Assembly (NCBI GenBank): GCA_024642565.1
Contig: JAHEAV010000004.1
Span: forward strand, 30,391-94,390
Direction of reading: 5' to 3'
Source of the DNA: Erythrobacter sp.
GTDB lineage: Bacteria; Pseudomonadota; Alphaproteobacteria; Sphingomonadales; Sphingomonadaceae
Length of the DNA: 64,000 nucleotides
Positions 28,415 to 37,415 of the stretch are shown here, in pieces (position 1 is the stretch's first letter; each line of letters opens with the position of its first letter). The notes under the pieces were generated by a model that was not told the DNA's origin, made no database searches, and saw nothing but the letters and a program-made list of their open reading frames with translations. A program made the translations under genes and the position numbers.

Positions 28415-30223
28415 ATGCAGACCATGATCGGCCTTCCTTCCTTCCATGCAATCGCGGCTATGTCCGTGACAATTGCGATGTTCGTTGCGTTTGCGCGTGG
28501 GCGGATGTCGACAGAGATCGTGTCGCTGCTGACAATCGCGGTGATTGCGGTGGGACTGTACTTCTTCCCGCTTGAGGGGACCGGGCCAACTGATGGTCTC
28601 TCGCTCGCGTTTTCCGGATTCGGGCATTACGCGCTGATAACCATTTGCGCGTTGATGATCATGGGGCGGGGGCTGGTTGTAACCGGCGCGCTGGAACCGG
28701 CGGCGCGCTTTCTCGAGCGCGTGTTCAAGATCAATCTGCAATTGGGGCTATTGGTGTCGCTGCTGCTGGCATTTTTCCTGTCGATGGTCATCAACGATAC
28801 GCCAGTATTGGTTCTACTTCTTCCTATCTTTGTATCGCTAGCAGCGCGGGGCGCGTTACCTGCGTCCAAAACCCTGATCCCGCTCAACGCCGCCGTGCTT
28901 ATAGGTGGTATGGCCACCACCATCGGCACATCAACGAATTTGTTAGTGGTATCGATTTCGCGCGATCTTGGGATGCCCCAGATGGGTGTGTTCCATTACA
29001 CGCCGATCGTTCTGATGGCCGCGATGGTGGCGTTACCCTATCTTTGGCTGGTGATGCCTCGCCTTCTGGGCGATAATCGCGTCGAAGCCGACGGAGAAAA
29101 GCGGCGGTTCCATACCTTGCTGCGCATCGGGGAAACAAGCGTACTCAATGGTAAGGAACTATCATCGATCCTGCCCAAGCTTCCGGCAGATTTCGAATTC
29201 ATCGATGCCCCGCGCAGTGTATTCGAACCTCAGCAGCGAGTTCGAGTATCAGGTACGCATGAGGCGTTGGAGGATGCCATGCGCACCTTGCAGGGCGAAG
29301 TGGCCCCGGCGTGGGTGCTCGATCGGATCCGGCGCAGTTCCAGTACCAAGGGCGAAGACATTACCGTGGTCGAAATGGCCATCACTGGCGATTCACGGCT
29401 GATAAGCCGTACTCTGCCAACGTCAGGCATTGCCGATCTATATGGAGTTGCGGTGCTTGGCATACACCGCCCGCGGCTGTTTATCGGAGAGAAGCACGAC
29501 GAACCAAGTAGCGGGGAGATCCGCATTGGGGAGGGTGATGTGCTCTTGGTAATGGGCCTTCAGTCCGACCTTCAGGAATTTGCTCGCAGCGATAGTTTGT
29601 TGATTTTGGATGGCGCGCGCGAATTACCCCGCCGTTCCAAGGCGGTGCTGTCAGCAGCGATTATGGTTGGATCTGTCGGCACTGCCTCTATCGGGCTTTT
29701 CCCCATCGCGATTTCTGCGCTTGCGGGTGCCATCCTGATGTTCGTGACCGGCTGCGTGAAGTTTGACCGGGTTGGCCGGGCGCTTTCGGCCAAAGTGATT
29801 GTTCTGGTTGCGGCCAGTATCGCAGTCGGGCGGGTAATTCTGGAAAGCGGTGCGGCGGAATGGCTGGGGCAATTAATGTCCCTTGGCCTGCAATTCCTTC
29901 CACCGGCAGGAGTTCTCGCAGCTATAATGCTTTTCGTCACGTTGCTGACGAATTTTGCATCCAACGCTACTGCTGCGACAGTCGGTACACCGATCGCCTT
30001 CAATATTGCCGCCCAACTGGGTCTGCCACCTGAGCCGCTGATCCTGGCTGTGCTGTTCGGTTGCAACCTCTGTTATGCAACCCCGATCGCCTACCAAACC
30101 AATATGTTGATCATGGCTGAAGGCAGTTACGAGTTCAAAGATTACATTCGGACAGGCGTTCCACTGGTGTTGCTGATGACGGTGACGCTTTCGATCCTGC
30201 TGGCGATCAGATACGGGATGTAG
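28415..30223 (+). CDS. SLC13/DASS-family anion transporter with central TrkA-C domains
   Basis: 602 aa. Two blocks of multiple TM helices flank a soluble region of about 200 aa with two TrkA-C-like repeats (e.g. GEGDVLLVMG). Confidence 0.88.
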   Translation: MQTMIGLPSFHAIAAMSVTIAMFVAFARGRMSTEIVSLLTIAVIAVGLYFFPLEGTGPTDGLSLAFSGFGHYALITICALMIMGRGLVVTGALEPAARFLERVFKINLQLGLLVSLLLAFFLSMVINDTPVLVLLLPIFVSLAARGALPASKTLIPLNAAVLIGGMATTIGTSTNLLVVSISRDLGMPQMGVFHYTPIVLMAAMVALPYLWLVMPRLLGDNRVEADGEKRRFHTLLRIGETSVLNGKELSSILPKLPADFEFIDAPRSVFEPQQRVRVSGTHEALEDAMRTLQGEVAPAWVLDRIRRSSSTKGEDITVVEMAITGDSRLISRTLPTSGIADLYGVAVLGIHRPRLFIGEKHDEPSSGEIRIGEGDVLLVMGLQSDLQEFARSDSLLILDGARELPRRSKAVLSAAIMVGSVGTASIGLFPIAISALAGAILMFVTGCVKFDRVGRALSAKVIVLVAASIAVGRVILESGAAEWLGQLMSLGLQFLPPAGVLAAIMLFVTLLTNFASNATAATVGTPIAFNIAAQLGLPPEPLILAVLFGCNLCYATPIAYQTNMLIMAEGSYEFKDYIRTGVPLVLLMTVTLSILLAIRYGM

Positions 30224-30289
30224 CGCGGACCTGTCGTTCGTTGGACATGCACGGCGCAGCGTCATGAACATTCACGGCTGCTGTATATT

Positions 30290-30327
30290 ATTACGACCGC
30301 CGGGGTCTGAGCCCCGACGGTCGTAAT
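30290..30327. terminator. long stem-loop between convergent genes (possible bidirectional terminator)
   Basis: ATTACGACCGcCGGGGtc-tga-gCCCCGaCGGTCGTAAT forms 10 bp, one mismatch, then 5 bp. A second short hairpin TCTCCT-CCCC-AGGAGA follows at 30327..30342. There is no clear U-tract on either strand. Confidence 0.45.
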
Positions 30328-30363
30328 CTCCTCCCCAGGAGATGGAAGCTACCGGCCTTCCGG

Positions 30364-30540
30364 TTAGCTATAGGTGCCGAGGCGGTGGTGCAGGGCGTTG
30401 ATCCGGGCAAGTTCCTCGCGGTCCTCGGTGGTCTTCGCATGACTGGCCAACGCGGCTCTCAGCAATTTGAAATCGGCAGTCGAAAACAGTGCTCGGGCAC
30501 GCGAAGGCTCAGGGCGTTTTTCTTCCATATCCGTCATCAT
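30364..30540 (-). CDS. small hypothetical protein (58 aa) immediately downstream of aceA
   Basis: MMTDMEEKRPEPSRARALFSTADFKLLRAALASHAKTTEDREELARINALHHRLGTYS. The ATG at 30540 is preceded by AAGGAA. It lies 26 nt after the aceA stop on the same strand and is followed by the stem-loops at 30290-30342. Confidence 0.45.
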   Translation of the reverse strand: MMTDMEEKRPEPSRARALFSTADFKLLRAALASHAKTTEDREELARINALHHRLGTYS

Positions 30541-30566
30541 CGTTTCCTTTTTTACGCAATCCGCCG

Positions 30567-32165
30567 TCAAGCGGCTGCGAACTGATTCATCGTATTATGT
30601 GCGCCGCCCGCCTTCAAGGCAGCCTCTCCGGCGAAATATTCCTTATGATCATCACCGATGTCAGAACCCGACATATTCTGGTGCTTCACGCAAGCAATAC
30701 CTTCGCGAATTTCCTTGCGCTGCACCCCTTTGACGTAGCCAAGCATTCCCTGTTCGCCGAAATACTCCTTCGCCAGATTGTCAGTGCTGAGCGCAGCGGT
30801 GTGATAGGTTGGCAAGGTTATGAGATGATGGAAGATGCCGGCGCGGGCCGCAGCATCGCGTTGGAAAGTGCGAATACGTTCGTCGGCTTCATCGGCAAGT
30901 TCGCTGCCGTCATAATCGACGCTCATCAACCTCGCCCGGTCATAGGCTGACACATCGCGCTGCTCTGCATTCCAGGCATCATAGACCTGCTGCCTGAAAT
31001 TCAGCGTCCAGTTGAAGCTCGGCGAATTGTTGTAGACCAGTTTGGCATTGGGCACGACTTCACGGATGCGGTCGACCATGCCTGCGATCTGTTCGATATG
31101 CGGCTTCTCGGTTTCGATCCACAGGAGATCAGCGCCGTTCTGGAGGCTGGTGATGCAATCGAGCACACAGCGGTCTTCGCCAGTTCCAGAGCGGAACTGA
31201 TAGAGATTGGACGGCAGGCGCTTGGGACGCAAGAGCTTGCCTTCACGGCTGAGGAACACATCGCCATTGTTGATTTCCGCCGGATTTACTTCTTCGCAGT
31301 CGAGGAAAGCGTTGTACTGGTCACCCAGATCGCCAGCTTCCTTTGTGTAAGCGATTTGCTTGGTCAGACCGGCTCCAAGCGAATCCGTTCGTGCAACGAT
31401 GATCCCGTCTTCGATCCCCAGTTCCAAAAAGGCATAACGGATTGCGCGGATCTTCTGCAGAAAATCTTCATGTGGAACAGTAACCTTGCCATCTTGGTGG
31501 CCGCATTGCTTTTCGTCGGAAACCTGGTTCTCGATCTGAATTGCACAGGCGCCAGCTTCGATCATTTTCTTGGCGAGTAGATAGGTCGCTTCTGCATTGC
31601 CGAAACCTGCGTCAATGTCAGCGATGATAGGAACCACATGGGTCTCAAAATTGTCAATTGCCTGTTCGAGGCGCTTGGTTTCGACTTCGTCCCCTCTCTC
31701 ACGCGAAGCATCCAACTCGCGGAACAAGCCTCCCAGTTCACGGGCATCGGCCTGTTTGAGGAAGGTGTAAATTTCTTCAATCAGGGCCGGAACACTGGTC
31801 TTTTCGTGCATTGATTGGTCAGGCAGTGGTCCAAAGTCGCTGCGAAGCGCGGCAATCATCCAGCCGGAAAGGTAGAGGTAACGCTGCTTTGTGCCGCCAA
31901 AATGTTTCTTGATCGCGATCATTTTCTGCTGCGCGATGAAGCCATGCCAGCAACCAAGCGATTGTGTGTACTGAGCCGGGTCTGCATCATAGGCTGCCAT
32001 GTCCTGACGCATGATCTTTGCCGTATAGCGGGCGATATCGATTCCGCTATGGAACCGGTTTTGCAACTGCATACGCGTGGCTGCTTCGCCATCGATGGCG
32101 TTCCACGGGGCACCTTGTGCTGCGATTGTCCGCTCGAGTTGGGCTTTTTGGACCTGGTAGGTCAT
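30567..32165 (-). CDS. aceA: isocitrate lyase (long form)
   Basis: 532 aa. Catalytic loop variant QVSDEKQCGHQDGK (the KKCGH motif region), DADAGFGN-like IADIDAGFGNAE and ARTDS. Confidence 0.95.
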   Translation of the reverse strand: MTYQVQKAQLERTIAAQGAPWNAIDGEAATRMQLQNRFHSGIDIARYTAKIMRQDMAAYDADPAQYTQSLGCWHGFIAQQKMIAIKKHFGGTKQRYLYLSGWMIAALRSDFGPLPDQSMHEKTSVPALIEEIYTFLKQADARELGGLFRELDASRERGDEVETKRLEQAIDNFETHVVPIIADIDAGFGNAEATYLLAKKMIEAGACAIQIENQVSDEKQCGHQDGKVTVPHEDFLQKIRAIRYAFLELGIEDGIIVARTDSLGAGLTKQIAYTKEAGDLGDQYNAFLDCEEVNPAEINNGDVFLSREGKLLRPKRLPSNLYQFRSGTGEDRCVLDCITSLQNGADLLWIETEKPHIEQIAGMVDRIREVVPNAKLVYNNSPSFNWTLNFRQQVYDAWNAEQRDVSAYDRARLMSVDYDGSELADEADERIRTFQRDAAARAGIFHHLITLPTYHTAALSTDNLAKEYFGEQGMLGYVKGVQRKEIREGIACVKHQNMSGSDIGDDHKEYFAGEAALKAGGAHNTMNQFAAA

Positions 32166-32334
32166 GGCAAATTCTCCGAAATTGAATGAGGTTGCTGTTC
32201 CTCTCGGAGTGTCTTTGCTGCAGCGCAGCGATTCGTGACAGGAATAATTACAAAATATCTTGTCTTACTGCGCCGTTTAGACGACATTAGTATGTAATGT
32301 TGTAAAGAAAATTACAGATAATCGAGACTGAACC

Positions 32335-33711
32335 ATGACTGAAGGCCCACTTTTTGCAGGCCCCGCGCTGCGGCGCCTGCGCAAGCGCGAAGGGCTGACG
32401 CAAGCCGCAATGGCTGCGCGTCTGTCCATATCCCCAAGTTATCTCAATCTGATTGAACGTAACCAAAGGCCACTATCCGCGCGTGTCGTCGTCCAAGTGG
32501 TTGACCGTTTCGATTTCGATCCTCGAACACTTAGGGAAGATGAAGCGATTGGCGGAATAGACGGGCTTGCCCGCCGGCTGTCAGACGAACGTTTTTTCGA
32601 TTTGGGCATCGATCGCGATGAAGTTGCGGAATTTCTCGCATCTGCACCCCAGGCTGCAGCGGCATTCGCTCGCCTGTTCGATAATGCCGGGGTGGGCCGG
32701 GACCAGACTGACGAGCCGCTGCAGGCGGCTCGCCGCGAGATTGATCGCTGGCGCAACCATTTTGCCGACCTTGATGCCGCAGCGGAAGCCCTCTCTGATG
32801 AATTGCGGTTGTCGCGTGCGGATATTGGTAGCGCGCTGACGGAGCGGTTGCGGGAAAAACATCAGCTGTCCGTACGAATTCTTCCGCAAGAAGTAATGAT
32901 GGGGGCTGCCCGGAGGCTCGATCTCCATGCGCGCCAATTGCAAATGTCCGAAATGCTTGATCCGGCCTCTCGAAATTTTCAAATCGCTATGCAGTTGGCG
33001 GAACTCGAACAGTCCGGCGCAATCGATGCGCTCGGGGAGGGCGCGCAACTGGCTGATGAATCTGCCCGCCAGCTCTTCGATCGCCACCTGAAAGGCTATT
33101 TCGCAGCCGCCCTGCTGATGCCTTATTCCCGGTTTCTGCGGGCCTGCGAGGCCACCGGATATGACCTGCAGGTGTTGATGCGCCGCTTCGGCGTGGGGTT
33201 CGAGCAATTGGCCCATCGCCTGACCACGCTTCAAAGGGTAGGCCAGCGCGGTTTGCCGTTTTTCATGGCGCGAATTGACCGGGCTGGCCAATTTTCAAAG
33301 GTTTTCACCGGAGCTAGTGGTACCTCCATGCTGAATGATGTCAGCAGCTGCCCCTTGTGGATTCCACACCTTGCTTTTGAACGGGCGGGCCAATGGTGCA
33401 CGCAGCTCGTCAACCTCCACGGCTCTGGAGCCTCTGCAGCGCATTGGTTCATGATTGCCAGAACCGTTCAGGGAAATGTCTCTGATGGCTCTGCTCGATT
33501 TGTCGTCGCGCTGGGTCTCGAGAAGCGTCTTGCAGGCGATTTGGCCCAGGCCAGAGGTTTGCTATTGCGCGACGAGGACGCGCAGATGATCGGGCCAGGC
33601 TGCGGTGCCTGTCATGTGCCGGACTGTTTGCAACGATCCCTGCCGCCACGCGGAGCAAAATTGCATTTTGACCGCACTATTCATGGGATAACCCCGTTCA
33701 GTTTTGGCTAG
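32335..33711 (+). CDS. XRE-family HTH regulator with ImmA/IrrE-like domain (ScfR/RamB-type short-chain acyl-CoA-responsive regulator)
   Basis: 458 aa. N-terminal HTH (LRRLRKREGLTQAAMAARLSISPSYLNLIERNQRPLS) followed by a long C-terminal domain ending in Cys-rich GPGCGACHVPDC. It is divergent from aceA, as is usual for this family. Confidence 0.82.
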   Translation: MTEGPLFAGPALRRLRKREGLTQAAMAARLSISPSYLNLIERNQRPLSARVVVQVVDRFDFDPRTLREDEAIGGIDGLARRLSDERFFDLGIDRDEVAEFLASAPQAAAAFARLFDNAGVGRDQTDEPLQAARREIDRWRNHFADLDAAAEALSDELRLSRADIGSALTERLREKHQLSVRILPQEVMMGAARRLDLHARQLQMSEMLDPASRNFQIAMQLAELEQSGAIDALGEGAQLADESARQLFDRHLKGYFAAALLMPYSRFLRACEATGYDLQVLMRRFGVGFEQLAHRLTTLQRVGQRGLPFFMARIDRAGQFSKVFTGASGTSMLNDVSSCPLWIPHLAFERAGQWCTQLVNLHGSGASAAHWFMIARTVQGNVSDGSARFVVALGLEKRLAGDLAQARGLLLRDEDAQMIGPGCGACHVPDCLQRSLPPRGAKLHFDRTIHGITPFSFG

Positions 33712-33909
33712 TTCCAACCGGCGCCTTGGCCTTCACCACATAAAAAACACTTCTGTATTTGAAGAACACCCCGGCAAGTTCACGAAGAGAGGGAAGGATC
33801 GGGTTTTACAACAGGTGTAAAATTTACCGACATTTCACTTCTCTGTCCTAGTCCAGTGATCGGAAGCAGGCCAATTTCGGACTGCAAGGGAATACCGGAC
33901 CGGAACATA

Positions 33910-35295
33910 ATGATCCGCTTGTTCAAACATTATATTCCCAACGCGGTCATGCTGCTGGGTCTATTTGATCTGGGACTGCTGTTTCTGGCCGGTGAACTGG
34001 CGTGGCTGATCCGCGCCTCGCAAGCGGGGATGGATCCAGGCATTATTTCCGATCGAATCGTCCCACTCGTCGGCTTTTCGGTAATTGTCTGGATCGCGAT
34101 GATTTCCGTGGGTGTCTACGGCAGCGAGGCCACCCGTTCCATGCGCTATGCCTGTGCCCGCCTGCTGGTCGCGGTGAGCCTGGGAATAATTGCACTGTCG
34201 GTGATCGATTTCCTCATTCCCGGTGCGACATTCTGGCGATCGACGCTGATTTTTGCGATGATACTGGCGATCGGTTTTTCTGTTCTCAACCGTCTTATCA
34301 TTGGCGGCCTTCTGGGCAATTCGGCCTTTCGCCGCCGCGTTATCGTGCTGGGAGCCGGAACGCGTGCGCTGCGTTTGCGTAAGCTGGCGCAGAAACCCGA
34401 AAGCGGATTTGTCATCATTTCCTTCATTGGCATGAGCGACAGTGAGACAGGCGTGCTTGAGGCAATTCCGCGCACCGCCATTCACGATCTTGGCCAGTTT
34501 GTGGAAAATCTGGGTGCAAGCGAAGTGGTGCTGGCGCTGGAGGAGCGCCGCAACCAATTGCCGCTGAAGGATTTGCTGCGGATCAAGACCATGGGAGTCC
34601 ATGTCAATGATTTCAGCAGTTTCATGGAACGTGAAACGGGGCGGGTCGATCTTGATTCGGTCAATCCGAGCTGGTTGATATTTTCGGACGGGTTTTCTTC
34701 GGGCCGAATGATTTCCGGGGCGATTAAGCGCGTTTTTGATGTGATAGCGAGCAGCCTGCTTTTGATTTTTGCATTACCAATCATTGCTTTGTTTGCCGTA
34801 TTGATCAAACTCGATAGCAAGGGGCCTGCCTTCTTCCGTCAAACCCGCATTGGTCTGTACGGCCAACCCTTTGACGTACTCAAGCTGCGTTCGATGCGGA
34901 TTGATGCGGAGAAAGACGGTTCGAAATGGGCGGAGAAGAATGATCCGCGGATCACGCGGGTCGGTAAATTCATCCGAAAGGTCCGGATCGACGAATTACC
35001 GCAAACCTGGAGCGTCCTCAAAGGGCAGATGAGCTTTGTGGGCCCGCGCCCCGAAGTGCCCAAATTCGTGGCCGATCTGGAAGAACATCTGCCATATTAC
35101 GCCGAACGGCACATGGTGAAGCCGGGTATCACCGGATGGGCGCAGATCAATTACCCCTATGGCGCATCAATCGCAGATTCGCGCCACAAGCTCGAATATG
35201 ATCTGTATTATGCCAAGAATTATACGCCCTTCCTTGATCTGCTGATCCTGATGCAGACCATGCGCGTGGTGCTGTGGCCCGAGGGCGCGCGATGA
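33910..35295 (+). CDS. PEP-CTERM/exosortase-system-associated priming sugar transferase (TIGR03013-like, undecaprenyl-phosphate hexose-1-phosphate transferase)
   Basis: MIRLFKHYIP start, 4-5 N-terminal TM helices, a central nucleotide-binding-like domain and a C-terminal bacterial sugar-transferase domain (RIDELPQTWSVLKGQMSFVGPRPE). Its stop overlaps the prsK start (ATGA). Confidence 0.85.
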   Translation: MIRLFKHYIPNAVMLLGLFDLGLLFLAGELAWLIRASQAGMDPGIISDRIVPLVGFSVIVWIAMISVGVYGSEATRSMRYACARLLVAVSLGIIALSVIDFLIPGATFWRSTLIFAMILAIGFSVLNRLIIGGLLGNSAFRRRVIVLGAGTRALRLRKLAQKPESGFVIISFIGMSDSETGVLEAIPRTAIHDLGQFVENLGASEVVLALEERRNQLPLKDLLRIKTMGVHVNDFSSFMERETGRVDLDSVNPSWLIFSDGFSSGRMISGAIKRVFDVIASSLLLIFALPIIALFAVLIKLDSKGPAFFRQTRIGLYGQPFDVLKLRSMRIDAEKDGSKWAEKNDPRITRVGKFIRKVRIDELPQTWSVLKGQMSFVGPRPEVPKFVADLEEHLPYYAERHMVKPGITGWAQINYPYGASIADSRHKLEYDLYYAKNYTPFLDLLILMQTMRVVLWPEGAR

Positions 35296-37415
35296 CCACG
35301 GTCCTTCCTCATGCATGGGTAATTACCAGCTTCATTCTTCATCTGACAGCGGCTGTGGGGTGCGGAATTGCCGCCGGATGGTTGATTCACCGCGGGGACA
35401 GGGATCGTCCCGATCGCAATGCGGCGGTTGCCACTTTGTGCCTAAACGCCGTTTGGGCGGCAATGATCGCCGCCTTGGGTTCAGGCGCGGTCCTGGTCAT
35501 TGTGTTCGGATCGATCTGCAACCTTGCATGGATAATGCTGCTTTACCGGCTGTTCGCCAATGATGGGCGGGATCGCAGCATGGGGGCGATCCGCCCGGTT
35601 GTGCTGGTACTTGCATTCGTTGAGCTGCTTCAGCCCGCATTGCTGGTCCTTCAGGCCCGTTATGCCGTCGCGCTTAATCTGGAACTGGTAAACCTCCAGA
35701 TCGGGGTCATGTTCCGTATTCTGGTTGCGGTGGGGGCCTTGGTTCTGCTGCACAATCTTTATGTCGGAGCATCGGCCGGAACACGAAAGCTCTTGCGGTG
35801 GAGTGCAGTCGCCTTGGCGGTGCATTGGACCTATGAGCTGAATTTCTACACGATTGCCTATCTTTCGGGTGAATTACCCGTCGAACTGTCGGCATTGAGT
35901 GGGTTGGCAACGGCCTTTGTTGCGCTGTTGTTGGCGATAGGCGCCAACCAGACGAATTCCGAATTGCGGCTTCGTCCATCACGGGCTGTCACCTTTCAGA
36001 CCTTATCGCTGTTAGTGATCGGATTATATTTTCTGATCATGATCGCTATTGCCCAATCCTTGGCAGTGCTGGGGGGTGACTTTGCCCGGTTAACCCAGGT
36101 CGGTTTTGTTGTTGTAGCATCCTTGTTTGCAATTCTGTGGCTGCCTTCCACGCGTTTGCGCGGTTGGTTGCGAGTGATGATGGTCAAACATCTGTTCCAG
36201 CACCGGTACGATTACCGGGCCGAATGGCTGCGCTTTACCAGGACCATTGGGCAAAGCGCCGATAATTCGACTTCGCTGTTCGAGCGGGCGGTAAAGTCCT
36301 TGGCCGATATAACGGACAGCCCGGCCGGCTTGTTACTCTTGCCGGGCGAAAGCGGCAATTTCGAGCTCGCTGCGCGTTGGCAGTGGCCTGATGTGCAAGT
36401 ACCGGCAGAGGCAATATCGGCCAAACTGGCCAATCTGTTTGAAAGCAGCAGTTTCATACTTGATATGGATGACGTGCAACAGGGCCGGGACCGATTTGGT
36501 GAGGCCGCGCTTCTGCCGGACTGGCTGCAATCCACCGATAATGCATGGGCACTGGTTCCACTGCTCCATTTTGACCGATTGACCGGCGTTATTGTCCTCA
36601 GTCGCCCGTCATCTCCGCGTAAACTTGACTGGGAAGATTTTGACCTGCTGCGTGTCGTGGGCCAGCAGCTCGCCAGTTATCTGGCCGAACAATCCGGACA
36701 TGAAGCGCTCATGGAAGCCGCGAGGTTCGAGGAATTCAATCGGCGCATCGCGTTTGTCATGCACGACATCAAGAATCTGGCCAGCCAACTCGCGCTGCTG
36801 GCACGCAATGCCGAACGCCATGCGGAAAAACCGGAATTCCGGGCCGACATGCTGGTTACGCTGCGCAACAGTGCCGAGAAGCTGAATGCTTTGCTCGCAA
36901 GGCTCGGTCGTTATGGTGCCATGGGCAAAGTGCACCGTGAACCGATCGATCTGGGGGATGTGGCGCGAAGTGTAGCGGCTCGCTTTGAGGGTGCGCACCG
37001 CGTTGCTGTCATCCACGCAGAGCCTTGTATCGTGGAGGCCGATCCGGAAGGGCTGGAACAGGCCTTGGCCCATTTGGTCCAGAATGCCGTCGACGCCAGC
37101 GATCCGGACATGCCGGTGTTTCTCGACATATCATCAGACGGCATCAAGGGGCGGGTGATCGTGGCCGATTCCGGGGTTGGTATGAGCCCAGAATTCATTC
37201 GCAACGGACTATTCAAGCCTTTCGTGTCGTCCAAAGCAGGCGGTTTCGGTATCGGCGCTTTCGAAGCACGTGAGTTGATCCGCGCAATGGGTGGCTGGCT
37301 TGATGTCGAATCCCGGGAAGATTTGGGCACGCGCTTCTCAATCCAATTACGCTTGGCCGCCGCAGTTGAATTGCTCGCGCGGAACGAAAACTCCCCTGGC
37401 ATCGAGGTGGTATGA
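35292..37415 (+). CDS. prsK: PEP-CTERM system sensor histidine kinase PrsK-like
   Basis: About 300 aa of multi-TM region, a GAF-like domain, then HisKA (FVMHDIKNLASQL) and HATPase (DSGVGMS, GGFGIG) motifs. It is translationally coupled on both sides. Confidence 0.82.
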   Translation: MTTVLPHAWVITSFILHLTAAVGCGIAAGWLIHRGDRDRPDRNAAVATLCLNAVWAAMIAALGSGAVLVIVFGSICNLAWIMLLYRLFANDGRDRSMGAIRPVVLVLAFVELLQPALLVLQARYAVALNLELVNLQIGVMFRILVAVGALVLLHNLYVGASAGTRKLLRWSAVALAVHWTYELNFYTIAYLSGELPVELSALSGLATAFVALLLAIGANQTNSELRLRPSRAVTFQTLSLLVIGLYFLIMIAIAQSLAVLGGDFARLTQVGFVVVASLFAILWLPSTRLRGWLRVMMVKHLFQHRYDYRAEWLRFTRTIGQSADNSTSLFERAVKSLADITDSPAGLLLLPGESGNFELAARWQWPDVQVPAEAISAKLANLFESSSFILDMDDVQQGRDRFGEAALLPDWLQSTDNAWALVPLLHFDRLTGVIVLSRPSSPRKLDWEDFDLLRVVGQQLASYLAEQSGHEALMEAARFEEFNRRIAFVMHDIKNLASQLALLARNAERHAEKPEFRADMLVTLRNSAEKLNALLARLGRYGAMGKVHREPIDLGDVARSVAARFEGAHRVAVIHAEPCIVEADPEGLEQALAHLVQNAVDASDPDMPVFLDISSDGIKGRVIVADSGVGMSPEFIRNGLFKPFVSSKAGGFGIGAFEARELIRAMGGWLDVESREDLGTRFSIQLRLAAAVELLARNENSPGIEVV

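Noticed and set aside
28283-30363. Checked all five tRNA genes, especially tRNA-Leu followed by a transporter, for integrated islands, integrases or direct repeats of the tRNA 3' end.
   Set aside because: No integrase, transposase or phage genes flank any tRNA, and I saw no duplicated tRNA 3' segments by eye. Neighbours are ordinary chromosomal genes. A computational repeat search would be needed to be certain.
33712-33909. Searched for a sigma-54 promoter (TGGCAC-N5-TTGC) for the PrsR-linked operon. Also examined TGGCAC occurrences at about 39270 and 45546.
   Set aside because: The only GG/GC-like string in the gap (TGGCCTTCACCACA) lacks the -12 element. The other TGGCAC hits are inside coding regions with wrong spacing or a wrong -12.
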